A DNA stretch of 59,887 nucleotides from a virus. Position 1 is the stretch's first letter, and each line of letters starts with the position of its first letter. Location of the stretch: the IMG/VR virus record IMGVR_UViG_3300019884_000065; one strand, given 5' to 3'. Made by a program: the position numbers and the translations under genes. The notes beneath the pieces were generated by a model. That model worked only from the letters and a program-made list of their open reading frames with translations. It was not told the origin of the DNA and made no database searches. Shown piece after piece: positions 32,162 to 41,700 of the stretch.

Positions 32162-33712
32162 ATGGAAGATGATGGTGCAAAGGTAGACCCGCAAAGAGCG
32201 ATAGATAGCCAAATGTTGACGGGCACATTCACCGGCACATTCACGGGTCGGTTCGTGGCGTCGCCTGTGGCATCGCCGTCACCTACACCTGTGCCGCCAT
32301 CACCTTCACCGGCACCGCCGCCCGTGGCGACGCAGCCGCCCGCAACTTCTCCGCCAGCCGGTGGAGCCTCGCCAACAGAGAGTCCAAGTGGTACGGCTAT
32401 TCCTCCAGCCACACGCATCATCGACCAATATGGACACCTGTGGAAAGTCGTCGACGGTGTTGTCTGGCGCAACGATACGGCAACGCCGTCGTCGAATGTG
32501 AAGATGTTGCTCTATCACGGCGGCAAGGTATATCAAACGAATGAAGCTGGCGGCTGGTGGTCATGGAATGTGAATCAATGGGCCGGTGCAGTCGATCCGC
32601 GTCTGCCTCCTGCACCGACACAAGCGCCGCCGCCGACACCGGCCGCAGGTACGGTGCCTGACATCCCAAATCCTGTCCGGCATGTTTACGACTTTCTCGA
32701 GGTTGGAAAGTATTGGGTATTTGACAATCGCTGGGGCAGCTCTGGTATTCAAGAGGGCACTGCTGCGCATCAATACACGCAAGCAATCGAGCGCTCGCTG
32801 ACGGTGTCGCCCGAAGGTGCTGTTGCTGCGCGCATTGTGTGGAAGTGGCCTGAGTTCGATCAGTCTGGTGCGGCAATCGACCACAATCCGAGCTATGGTG
32901 AAGTCAAGGGCTATCCCTGTCTGATCTATGGTCCGCCTCCTGGACACTACAACGCCGGACAATATTCGGCCGGTGAGTTCGCTGTGCGTGCGCCGGACGG
33001 CAAGACGGTTCCTACTGCTCCGGCGAACGCGCCTGGAAGCACTGTATCGCAATGGCAACCGCAGGGCGGTTCGGTTATCACAAGAACACCGGCGAATGGT
33101 CCGCCTAAAGGACTCCTGCCACTGCGGGTCGGTATGCCTAGCGGCGCGCTCGTTGCGAATATGAAGTGGGCAAAGAACAAGGCGCCTACTGGACGAGGTC
33201 ACTTGGCCTGGGACATCTGGCTGCAGGAGACACAGGATCAGGGACAAGGCTTCGTGAATGCTTCGCTCACACACGAGATCATGATTCCAATTGGCAATTG
33301 GGGCGACTACGGTCGGCATCCGAATGGCCGCAATCCCGGCTGGTACAGTCACGATGTGACTATTGACGGCGTGCTCTATCACGTGTACTTCGCGGGCTCG
33401 AGCGGTAAGCAGTGCACCTATACATTCGGCGGACTCTCAGGCAAGTTCACGAACGAAGAGACAGGACAACCGCGCACGGGCTGGAAGTTCATCGTGTTCC
33501 AGCATGACGGCGCGAATCATCCAACAGACGATCAAGGCAATATCCGCTTGGACTTGCCAAAGTTCTTCGATCACATGGCGACGCATAAGGACTCGCGCGG
33601 CATTACGCTGGCACGCGGCACCGAATACTGCACGAACGCGCAGTGCGGTGTTGAGATGGTCTGGGGTGCCGGCGACATCACTGTCTACGACTTCAACATC
33701 ACGGGAAGGTGA
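32162..33712 (+). CDS. GH12-like glycoside hydrolase domain protein with an N-terminal Pro/Ser/Thr linker (516 aa)
   Basis: Trimmed to the ATG at 32162, with AAGGAG at 32150-32155. The ordered motifs FDNRWG, VWKWPEF, AWDIWLQE, THEIMIPIGNWG, IDGVLYHVYFAG and GVEMVWGAG mirror the GH12 layout (NNxWG, WxW, YDxW, nucleophile E-hMIW, acid/base GxE). Confidence 0.55.
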   Translation: MEDDGAKVDPQRAIDSQMLTGTFTGTFTGRFVASPVASPSPTPVPPSPSPAPPPVATQPPATSPPAGGASPTESPSGTAIPPATRIIDQYGHLWKVVDGVVWRNDTATPSSNVKMLLYHGGKVYQTNEAGGWWSWNVNQWAGAVDPRLPPAPTQAPPPTPAAGTVPDIPNPVRHVYDFLEVGKYWVFDNRWGSSGIQEGTAAHQYTQAIERSLTVSPEGAVAARIVWKWPEFDQSGAAIDHNPSYGEVKGYPCLIYGPPPGHYNAGQYSAGEFAVRAPDGKTVPTAPANAPGSTVSQWQPQGGSVITRTPANGPPKGLLPLRVGMPSGALVANMKWAKNKAPTGRGHLAWDIWLQETQDQGQGFVNASLTHEIMIPIGNWGDYGRHPNGRNPGWYSHDVTIDGVLYHVYFAGSSGKQCTYTFGGLSGKFTNEETGQPRTGWKFIVFQHDGANHPTDDQGNIRLDLPKFFDHMATHKDSRGITLARGTEYCTNAQCGVEMVWGAGDITVYDFNITGR

Positions 33713-33713
33713 C

Positions 33714-34187
33714 ATGGAATTAGATCAAGTACAGGAAGAACCCAACACTCAGCGCGTGGCTATAGCTTGGGATGAAGATGGTGAACCGACCGATGGCTTC
33801 ATCATTGTCGGCAAAGACTCGGACGAATATCAGAAGACGATTGCGGGTCAACGGCAGAAGGCAATTCGTCGCCAGGCTGTGAAGCGCACACGCTTCGACC
33901 TCAAGACCGAAGAGGGTGCCGAACAACTCGACGCCACACTGCGGCAGAACGAGTTTGAGGTTGCTGCTGCTGTTGTCGTGGGCTGGTTTGGCTTTACGGT
34001 CAATGGCACGCCGGCACCGTTTGTCCGTGAACGCGTGACACAAATACTGGCCGTGAAGCCGAGCTGGAAGGACCGCATACTTGCAGCGCTGGAGGATGAG
34101 GCGGCTTTTTTGAAGCAATCGCAGAAGACATCTGCGCCTTCGTTGAAGCCAGTGCCCGCGGTAGTAAAAGAGGTAAAGACGGCGTAA
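33714..34187 (+). CDS. Tail assembly chaperone (gpG-like, 157 aa)
   Basis: It lies immediately upstream of the tape measure region. It is acidic and contains the slippery site near its 3' end. Confidence 0.7.
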   Translation: MELDQVQEEPNTQRVAIAWDEDGEPTDGFIIVGKDSDEYQKTIAGQRQKAIRRQAVKRTRFDLKTEEGAEQLDATLRQNEFEVAAAVVVGWFGFTVNGTPAPFVRERVTQILAVKPSWKDRILAALEDEAAFLKQSQKTSAPSLKPVPAVVKEVKTA

Positions 34188-34489
34188 CGCTGTTCGAGAC
34201 TCTTGAAGTCGTCGAAAGGATGACAGGTGCAACACCGGACGAACTTGTTCAGCTACGACGACATGAAATGCCGGCTGGAACCGACTATCTGTGGGACTGG
34301 TTCATCCGTCTCGGCCATACACGACCGCCTGGTTTTGGCCTTGCTGCAATCTCAGAACAGGAGCTCTATTGCTTCTTTCGGAATCGGAATTTCTTGCCTA
34401 CACGCTGGGAGCTTGATATGCTTGTCCGCATGGATAAAACTATGCGTGACGCCTCTTCAGATGATAAGCCACAAGACGACGAGGAATAG
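33714..34489 (+). CDS. Tail assembly chaperone frameshift fusion (gpGT-like; 33714..34112 joined at -1 to 34112..34489)
   Basis: The slippery heptamer plus an open -1 frame are present. The distal part (...DYLWDWFIRLGHTRPPGFG...) resembles DUF1799-type chaperone extensions. Confidence 0.6.
34106..34112 (+). promoter_or_regulatory. -1 programmed ribosomal frameshift heptamer T_TTT_TTG
   Basis: In the zero frame the codons are GCT TTT TTG. The -1 frame from 34112 is stop-free (checked codon by codon) and runs into track ORF 34220..34489. Confidence 0.65.
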
Positions 34490-34492
34490 CCC

Positions 34493-37400
34493 GTGGACAT
34501 AACAACACTCGGCATCGGCGTCGACTCACGACAGGTAGACACCGGCAGGCAAGCGCTCGACGAACTCACGCGCTCGGCTGGTAAGGCTGAGAACGCAATC
34601 AGGAGTGCCGGTGACGGCGCGCAGCAGGGCGGCGATAACATAGCCAAGGGCGTGATGAAAGGCACGCTGGCTGCGCAAGCTATTGAGAAGGCAGTAGAGC
34701 TAGCCATCGAGGCCGTTAAACAGCTCTATGCGTTGATGTCCCAAGCGGGAGAGTATGCCGACCTGGCGGACATGACCGGCGCGTCTGCGGTCAACATCGC
34801 GAAGCTGCAGACCGCGGCAGATATCGCCGGCGTGTCCATTCAAGGCATGGCTGGCTATATGAATCAGATGACGCGCATACTCGCGTCGACTGACGAAGAA
34901 GGGGACAAAGCAGCGCGGGCATTGGGTAAGATTGGCCTGAGCTTTGAAGACCTAAAAGCACTCGACCCAGCGGAGCGCATAGCGGCAGTTGCGCAGGCAA
35001 TGTCTGGGTACGCCGACGGTGTTGAGAAAACACAAATCATGCAGGCCCTCTTTGGCCGGGGCGCTGGTGAGGTTATCAAGGTGATGAAGGTGCTGGGGGA
35101 CGAGACGAAGTTCCAGACTAATCTCACCAAAGAAATGATTGAGCGGACCGACGCAATGTCCGATGCTCATGCTGAAATGTCGTCCAAGGCACGGCAGGCG
35201 ATTCAAGCTATAGCGACTGGCGTTATCCCTGGGATGGAAGCATTCAAGGGTGCGGTCATTGAGACAGCCCTAGAGATATTTGGCTTGAGCGAAAAAACAG
35301 ACATACTCGGTGCGAACAGAGGTGTCGAAGAGTTTGTTATCAACGCAGGGCATTTCCTCACAACGATTACCATTCCTTTTGAGTTGCTGGGTCGTTTGAT
35401 CGAGGCCACTATATCTGCAATCAAGGCTCTAGCTCAAGCATCAGCGGCTGTTTTGCGCCTAGATTGGCCGGGCGTTGAAAATGCAGTAGCAGGTCACCTG
35501 GACCGGATTAAAGAACTCGGTGAGCGTAAGTTCCTGGGCGAGAAGTTTCAAGAAAACCTCGACAAGCAGAACGCTGAAGCCGCACTTGCGATGTTCGCTG
35601 CTGGTGAAGAGCAAAAGAAAATAGCAGCAGGTGAAACAGATGCACAGATAAAAGAACGTGAGAGGCGTGAGAAGGAACTTGCCCGGATAGCAAAGGCTGC
35701 CGCGGCCGATCGTAAGCGCGACGCAGAAGCTGAGCGCAAGTTCATGATGGAGCTGGGTCGTAAGGCCGCGATGGATGCTGGCGACGCACTCGAAGACGCT
35801 AACAAAGTATATCGTGAGCGTGTTGCAGAGCAAGCAGAACTTGATGCAAAGAATCTTGAGAACGCCACAAAGGACGTTGCCAAGATTCACGAGAAGGCTG
35901 CGGCTATTGAAGAAGAGGTTGCCGGACATGGCAAGCTCAAGTCGGCCATTGAGGAAGTCACGATTGCCAGGTTAGAGGACGACCTGGCAAAGTTCGAAGG
36001 TAGCGATCAAGCAAAACAAGTTCTTGAGAACGAGATTGCTGCACGCAAGCGCCTGGCAGAAGCTATCAGAAGCAAGGAAGTCACCGACGCCGCTGCCGAG
36101 TCCGCGAAGGGTGCGCAGAAGGAATTCGAGAAGGCCTGGGAACAGGTTGGACAGTCGCTCACCGACCAATTGATGAAGGGCTCGCTCGATGCTGCCGACC
36201 TCATAAAGAATCTGTTCAAGACAATGGTCCTGCGTCCGACGATCATGGGTGCAGCACAGGGCTTCGGCCAGAGTTTCATGGGCGGTGCAGTAGGCGGCGC
36301 GGCAGGTGGCGGCGCGGCAGGTGGCGGCGGTGGCGGCATGGGCGGCATAGGTTCGATGGCAGGGCAGATGGCTGGGACAGCAATGTTTGGCGGTGTTGCC
36401 TCTGCCGCAGCCACGACCTACACCGGCGCTATGGCGGCGGGCTTGCCTGTGGCTAATGCTATCGGCATGGGTGCTGGTGCAGGCCTCGCTGCTATTCCTG
36501 TGGTCGGCTGGGTTGCCCTGGCGGCGATCGCGGCTTATGCTCTCTACAAGAAGTTCGGCAAAGGCGGTGGGCCAAAGATTGAAGGTACTGCTGGCTATGA
36601 TGCGAGTGCTTTGATTGGTGCTCAAGGCAACGCGATGGACCAGAACGCCATGACCGCGGTTAAGGATTTGAACGCGAACTACAGGCGCATGGCATCGGCA
36701 CTTGGCTCTACAAGCGCGAACGCGCAATTCGGCGTCGGTTACTCCATGGACCCGAAAGGCGATGCGCCGTCGATGGTTCATATTCGCACTCAGTTCGGCG
36801 AGTATGTAAATAAAGAAGCTGGACGTACTGCTGAAGAATTAGCGAAAGCATTGGCCGAAGGTTCGGCAGTCATTATGGTCGAAGCATTACGCAACTCGGG
36901 CCTGGAACCGCAGATGCTTGCGTACTTCGACAAGATTACTGTCGGCATGACTGCAGAAGCAAAGGTCGCGGCATTTGAACAAGTTGCCGCTGTCGGTGCA
37001 TACTGGAGGCAGCTGCAGACGTTCGGTGGCGTCCTCAAGCAATTCAATAATATTACGCTCGAGGCGTCTGTCCATCTAGCTGAGCTTTCTGGTGGCGTCT
37101 CGAATCTTGGGGCTAACATCTCGACCTACACTCAGAACTTCTTGAAGCCTGAAGAACAAGCAGCGCTGCAGTATCAACAGATTGCCGCACAACTTAATCA
37201 AGCGGGCTCTGGGTGGACAGGCTGGAGCGAAGCAATCCTGCGCACCTATAACAAGGAGACGTTCCGCAAATTGGTAGAAGGTCTTGACCTGGCGAGCGAA
37301 GGCGACAGGATGCGTTATGCAGCGCTGATGCAAGTTGCCGGTGCGTTTGCTGAACTCAATCCGGAGATAGACAAAACCACGGATGCGCTTAAGAAACAAG

Positions 37401-38236
37401 AAGCGGCACAAGAAAGATATGAGACAGCCCTGGACACTCTGCGCAATGCGTACGAGCGTCAGAGGGATGTGCTAACGACGACGCGTGATGCAATGCATGA
37501 CGCGACACGGTCGTTTTTGGACTTCAACAAGTCGTTGAGGCTGGACCAGACACTGAGCAACCTTACGCCAGGGCACAGGCAGTGGGAGCTCCAGGCGCAG
37601 TACGAAGGGGCACGTAATACAGCGCAGGCGGGTGGTTATAAGGCCGAAGACAACGCGCGCATGCAAGAGGCAGCGCGTGCTCTGTTGCAAGGCAGCAGAG
37701 AATTCTACGGCTCGGGTGCGGACTACGATATCATCTTCAAAAAGATCACGGATGAAATGACCGCCGCTGCGGATGTGACTCGCACGCGCGAGTTCGTTGC
37801 CGAATCGCAGTTGCAAGCACTTGAGAAGCAGGTCGGCCATCTCGTGAGTATCGACAACACATTGATTAGCGTGCACCAAGCATTGCAGGAATTCATTCAA
37901 GCCCGTACTGAAATGTATGCGCTCGGCTTTCCGCATGCTGAAGGTCTGTCGCGTGTACCGTTCAATAATTACCCTGCGCTGCTTCACAAGGAAGAAATGG
38001 TCCTGCCACAACAGGAATCGAATTTCATCCGCGGTCTGCCGGACTTCTCAGGGGAGTTGCGAGCACTGCGCCAAGAAGTTGCAGCTCTGCGCAAAGAGAA
38101 CCGACAGGATGCCGGCAATACAATTGGGGCCACGTTTACGGCGGCCCAGCAAGCAGCTCAAGTGCAAAGCGAGGCGACCATTCGGGCCGCTCGTCAGCGA
38201 ACCTATCAATCTCGTTCACGGCCTGTACTGGCCTAA
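34493..38236 (+). CDS. Tape measure protein (1247 aa)
   Basis: It is the second-largest ORF (after the 2278-aa tail protein) and follows the chaperones. It has long coiled-coil stretches and a central Gly-rich hydrophobic block (GGAVGGAAGGGAAGGGGGGMGGIGSMAG...). Confidence 0.9.
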   Translation: MDITTLGIGVDSRQVDTGRQALDELTRSAGKAENAIRSAGDGAQQGGDNIAKGVMKGTLAAQAIEKAVELAIEAVKQLYALMSQAGEYADLADMTGASAVNIAKLQTAADIAGVSIQGMAGYMNQMTRILASTDEEGDKAARALGKIGLSFEDLKALDPAERIAAVAQAMSGYADGVEKTQIMQALFGRGAGEVIKVMKVLGDETKFQTNLTKEMIERTDAMSDAHAEMSSKARQAIQAIATGVIPGMEAFKGAVIETALEIFGLSEKTDILGANRGVEEFVINAGHFLTTITIPFELLGRLIEATISAIKALAQASAAVLRLDWPGVENAVAGHLDRIKELGERKFLGEKFQENLDKQNAEAALAMFAAGEEQKKIAAGETDAQIKERERREKELARIAKAAAADRKRDAEAERKFMMELGRKAAMDAGDALEDANKVYRERVAEQAELDAKNLENATKDVAKIHEKAAAIEEEVAGHGKLKSAIEEVTIARLEDDLAKFEGSDQAKQVLENEIAARKRLAEAIRSKEVTDAAAESAKGAQKEFEKAWEQVGQSLTDQLMKGSLDAADLIKNLFKTMVLRPTIMGAAQGFGQSFMGGAVGGAAGGGAAGGGGGGMGGIGSMAGQMAGTAMFGGVASAAATTYTGAMAAGLPVANAIGMGAGAGLAAIPVVGWVALAAIAAYALYKKFGKGGGPKIEGTAGYDASALIGAQGNAMDQNAMTAVKDLNANYRRMASALGSTSANAQFGVGYSMDPKGDAPSMVHIRTQFGEYVNKEAGRTAEELAKALAEGSAVIMVEALRNSGLEPQMLAYFDKITVGMTAEAKVAAFEQVAAVGAYWRQLQTFGGVLKQFNNITLEASVHLAELSGGVSNLGANISTYTQNFLKPEEQAALQYQQIAAQLNQAGSGWTGWSEAILRTYNKETFRKLVEGLDLASEGDRMRYAALMQVAGAFAELNPEIDKTTDALKKQEAAQERYETALDTLRNAYERQRDVLTTTRDAMHDATRSFLDFNKSLRLDQTLSNLTPGHRQWELQAQYEGARNTAQAGGYKAEDNARMQEAARALLQGSREFYGSGADYDIIFKKITDEMTAAADVTRTREFVAESQLQALEKQVGHLVSIDNTLISVHQALQEFIQARTEMYALGFPHAEGLSRVPFNNYPALLHKEEMVLPQQESNFIRGLPDFSGELRALRQEVAALRKENRQDAGNTIGATFTAAQQAAQVQSEATIRAARQRTYQSRSRPVLA

Positions 38237-38249
38237 GGAGTAGATTCAA

Positions 38250-38690
38250 ATGCCAGCAGCACAAAAATTCAACGACTACAGCGAGCAGAAGAATCGCGGC
38301 GTCCACAATTGGGGCTCGCATGTCTTCAAGCTGTTCTTAACCAACACAGCGCCAGCAGCCGCGAACACAATTCTCTCGGACATCACGCAACTCACCACGG
38401 GCGGCGGATACACAGGCGGCGCGGGCGGCGGTGTTGCCCTCTCTGGCGTCACCATCAGCGAGACAGGTGGCACGACGACTGTCCAGGCCAATCAGGTTGT
38501 GGTGACAGCGACGGGTGCAGCAATCGGACCGTTCCGCTATTACGGCATCTACAATGACACCGCGGCTGCGCCGGTCGATGCTCTTGTCCTGTTTTGGGAC
38601 CACGGCTCTGCTGTGACTCTGAACGATGGCGACTCGTTCACCGTGAAGTTCAACAACGCCAGTCCCGGCACGATCTTCACTGATTCGTAA
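38250..38690 (+). CDS. Hypothetical tail-associated protein (146 aa)
   Basis: Track ORF with AAGGAG upstream, lying between the tape measure and the giant tail protein. Confidence 0.55.
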   Translation: MPAAQKFNDYSEQKNRGVHNWGSHVFKLFLTNTAPAAANTILSDITQLTTGGGYTGGAGGGVALSGVTISETGGTTTVQANQVVVTATGAAIGPFRYYGIYNDTAAAPVDALVLFWDHGSAVTLNDGDSFTVKFNNASPGTIFTDS

Positions 38691-38758
38691 ATCATGACGG
38701 CTCGTTAAACGTTCGGCGCTTGTATAGCGCTGGGCGTGAGCCTTAATGCGCGCCTGCA

Positions 38759-41700
38759 ATGGCAACCATCTTCCACCAAGGCGGATTTGGCACTACGTCT
38801 GCCAACGTAGTTAACACGCCGAGTTATCCCGTCACGTTCACGCCTGCGGCCGATACGCTGCTGGTCGTGTTCATTGGTGTGAGTGGCAACATAACGCCGA
38901 CGGAGAATGTGGTATCCAACATCGGTGGACTGACATTCACGAAGGTTCCGGGCTCAGACGTAACGAACACCGACGACTTGCGCAAATCGTCGATGTGGGT
39001 TGCTAATCAACTCACGACGGCAGTCTCAACGACAATCAGCTACGTCAGCAACATCGCTCACACATCGGGCTATGTTGAAGTATTCGGCATCAGCGGCATG
39101 AGCCGCGTGGGTCTGGATGCGGTGCGCCAGATTGCGACGGCGCAAACGCCAGCATTCAACACCGCGATCACGGCCACATTCCCAGGTCCGGCACTTACGA
39201 CGAACCCTCTTGCCATTGGCTTCAACGCTACGCAAGGTTCAGGCAATCCTACCGTTGCGAGTGCGGGCTGGGAAACAGTAGCGGGCGCTCTCTGGTCGAC
39301 CAACTCACCGGCTAGCCGCTACATTTCCTATTGGCGCAGCGGCGGCTTCTCCGCTGCTTCTGAAGTCATGCCCTCGTATGGATCACCGCGTAGTGCGGTG
39401 ATGATCGAGCTTGACGCGAGCCCGAGCGGTCCTGTCGGTGCGAACACGCCAAGCACTGCGGACACGCAAGTCTTCGAGCCGATGGTGCCGTTCGCGGCGG
39501 CGGACATCGTCACTAAGTTCAGCGCCGCACTGGCTGTGACGCCTGCATATGTGGTTGCGGGAGCCGCTGCAACATCTACGGTGACTCGTGCGCCGGTTCT
39601 GACGACAAGCGTTGCGGACCCAGCGGTCTTTGCGGCGACGCCGACAGCCGCCACGGCAACGGTGTCGAAGGTCTACACCAGCGTAGCATTGCCATTTGCT
39701 CACGCGACAACACTGATTGCGTCGAAGGATCATGTTGCGACTGGAGCAGCGCCATTTACTCATGTGCCAATGGCACCGGCCGATGCTACAGGAACTAAAG
39801 CAATCGGTATCGTTAACATTGAAAGCATAGCGCTGCCGGCAGTGTACCTGGCAACACCGTCACTAGCCACGAGCTCGCGCCAGGCGTACAGCATTGCAAC
39901 GCCGTACACCTACTCTGCAACGCCGGCTGCAACGGTATCGACCGCGGCACGAGTTTTCATCAGCAGTGCCGATGCTACTGTCTTTGCACCGCTAGTTCCG
40001 ACACCGACGAACGTAAACCTCACGAGTGCTGCGTCACCCGCGAGCTTTGCGCTTGTCCCATCACTGATTGATGTTTTCTTCAGTGGCGTCACAAGCCTAT
40101 ACTGCATCACCGACCCGACGATAGACAGTCCACCGGGTGCGCTGAGAGCAACAAATCTTCCGAGGGCGCTGAATAACGTTGCGCCCGGTAGTGCGATCGA
40201 AGGCACGTTGAGTTCCTTCTGGGGCGGCGTAGGCAACGTCGTCGACCGTGTTGTCACTTCACAAGCGACGACTGCCCAGCAGTCGCATTTCTTCGGACGA
40301 TTCACTTCTCGTCCGTTAGCTGCGCAAACAATTCACGCGCAGAATTGGAACTACGCTTTCGTTGTCGCCGCGGCTAACCTCGATGCGAACACATACTTCT
40401 GGCCAGTCATGTATGTGTGGCGTCCATCGACGCAACAAGTCGTTGGACATATTTTCGATGCGGCAGCGAATGCGAGTACCGCATGGCCTGCCACGATTAC
40501 GACTGCTCCGACGCGCAACATTCCAGGTGCACGGGTAGAAGCGCAAGAGGGTGACTTGCTTATCGTCGAATGCTGGGCGGTAAGCACATCATCAACGGGC
40601 ATAGCGCGGCTTCAGACATGGCGGATGACGGCGAACACATCGCGCATCATCTCGCAGTACAAGCTCCTCTACAAGCCGACGTCGATTCTGTACTTCAGAG
40701 CCGACGCGCCGCCTGTCTCACCTACGGCTGGCGAGAAGGCGACATATCTGCCATTGGCGCAGAATGTTAATTGGTCCGGTATTGCCAATGAAGGATTGCT
40801 CAGTGAGACGATGGTCCAGGCTCCGGTCGGACGGACCATCAGCACGATTGCCACAACGAATCCGCAGTCGCTCTATTACGGGAGGCACTCGAGTCTTCCA
40901 CTCGCCGCGCAAACAATTCCCGCGCAGAATTGGGGATGGGAAGTATCGTGCGGCACGACGCATGCCAATTGCCACATCTGGCATTGGCCGGTGTTGTACG
41001 TGTGGCGTCCATCGACGCAGCAAGTTGTTCAATACATTCTGAATGCATCGGCGGACACGGGCGCTGAGTGGCGCGTTGGCGTCGACCCATTGCTCAATCA
41101 ACAGTTCGCAGGTGAGTCGGCAACTGTTGAAGCTGGCGATATATTGGTCTGTGAAGTCTGGGGAGTTGCACGGCAATCGGCCGCCACGTCCTATGGCCCG
41201 ATGGTCTGGACGACCGCGATCAACTCTAGCCTCGTCTCGCCGTTCAAGCTGGAATACTACACCGGCGTAACAGCTATCACGTCGAATGCCGCGCCGGCTA
41301 CATACGAACTCGTTGAAGCAGATGCGACAGGTACTATCACGCTACCGACGCGGGCGTTGATTGAGACATTCCAAGAGAACTTCGAAGCGGGGCCAGACCC
41401 TGAGAAGTGGACTGTGGTCAATTGGGACGGCTCGGTCGCGTTCACAGGTGGCGTAGGCGTCTTCACCGTTACGAATGGAATAGCTGGCGCACAGGCTCTT
41501 GCTGAATCGAAGCCGTACTTTGATCTCAGAGGCAGTGGGGTATTTGCCAGGCTTGTCCAACCATTCCGGCAAGTCGGCGATCCGCCTGACAACGATTTCT
41601 CGTTCGGTGTTAAATCACCCGGCAACAACACAGTAGCGTTCTCGTTTAGCACTAGCGGGCGCCTACGCATAATAAAATTTACGAACGGTGTCTGGGGTGA

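Noticed and set aside
34220-34489. Independent 89-aa gene starting at ATG 34220
   Set aside because: No SD is present. The frame is open upstream back to the slippery heptamer, so it is more likely the distal part of the frameshift fusion.
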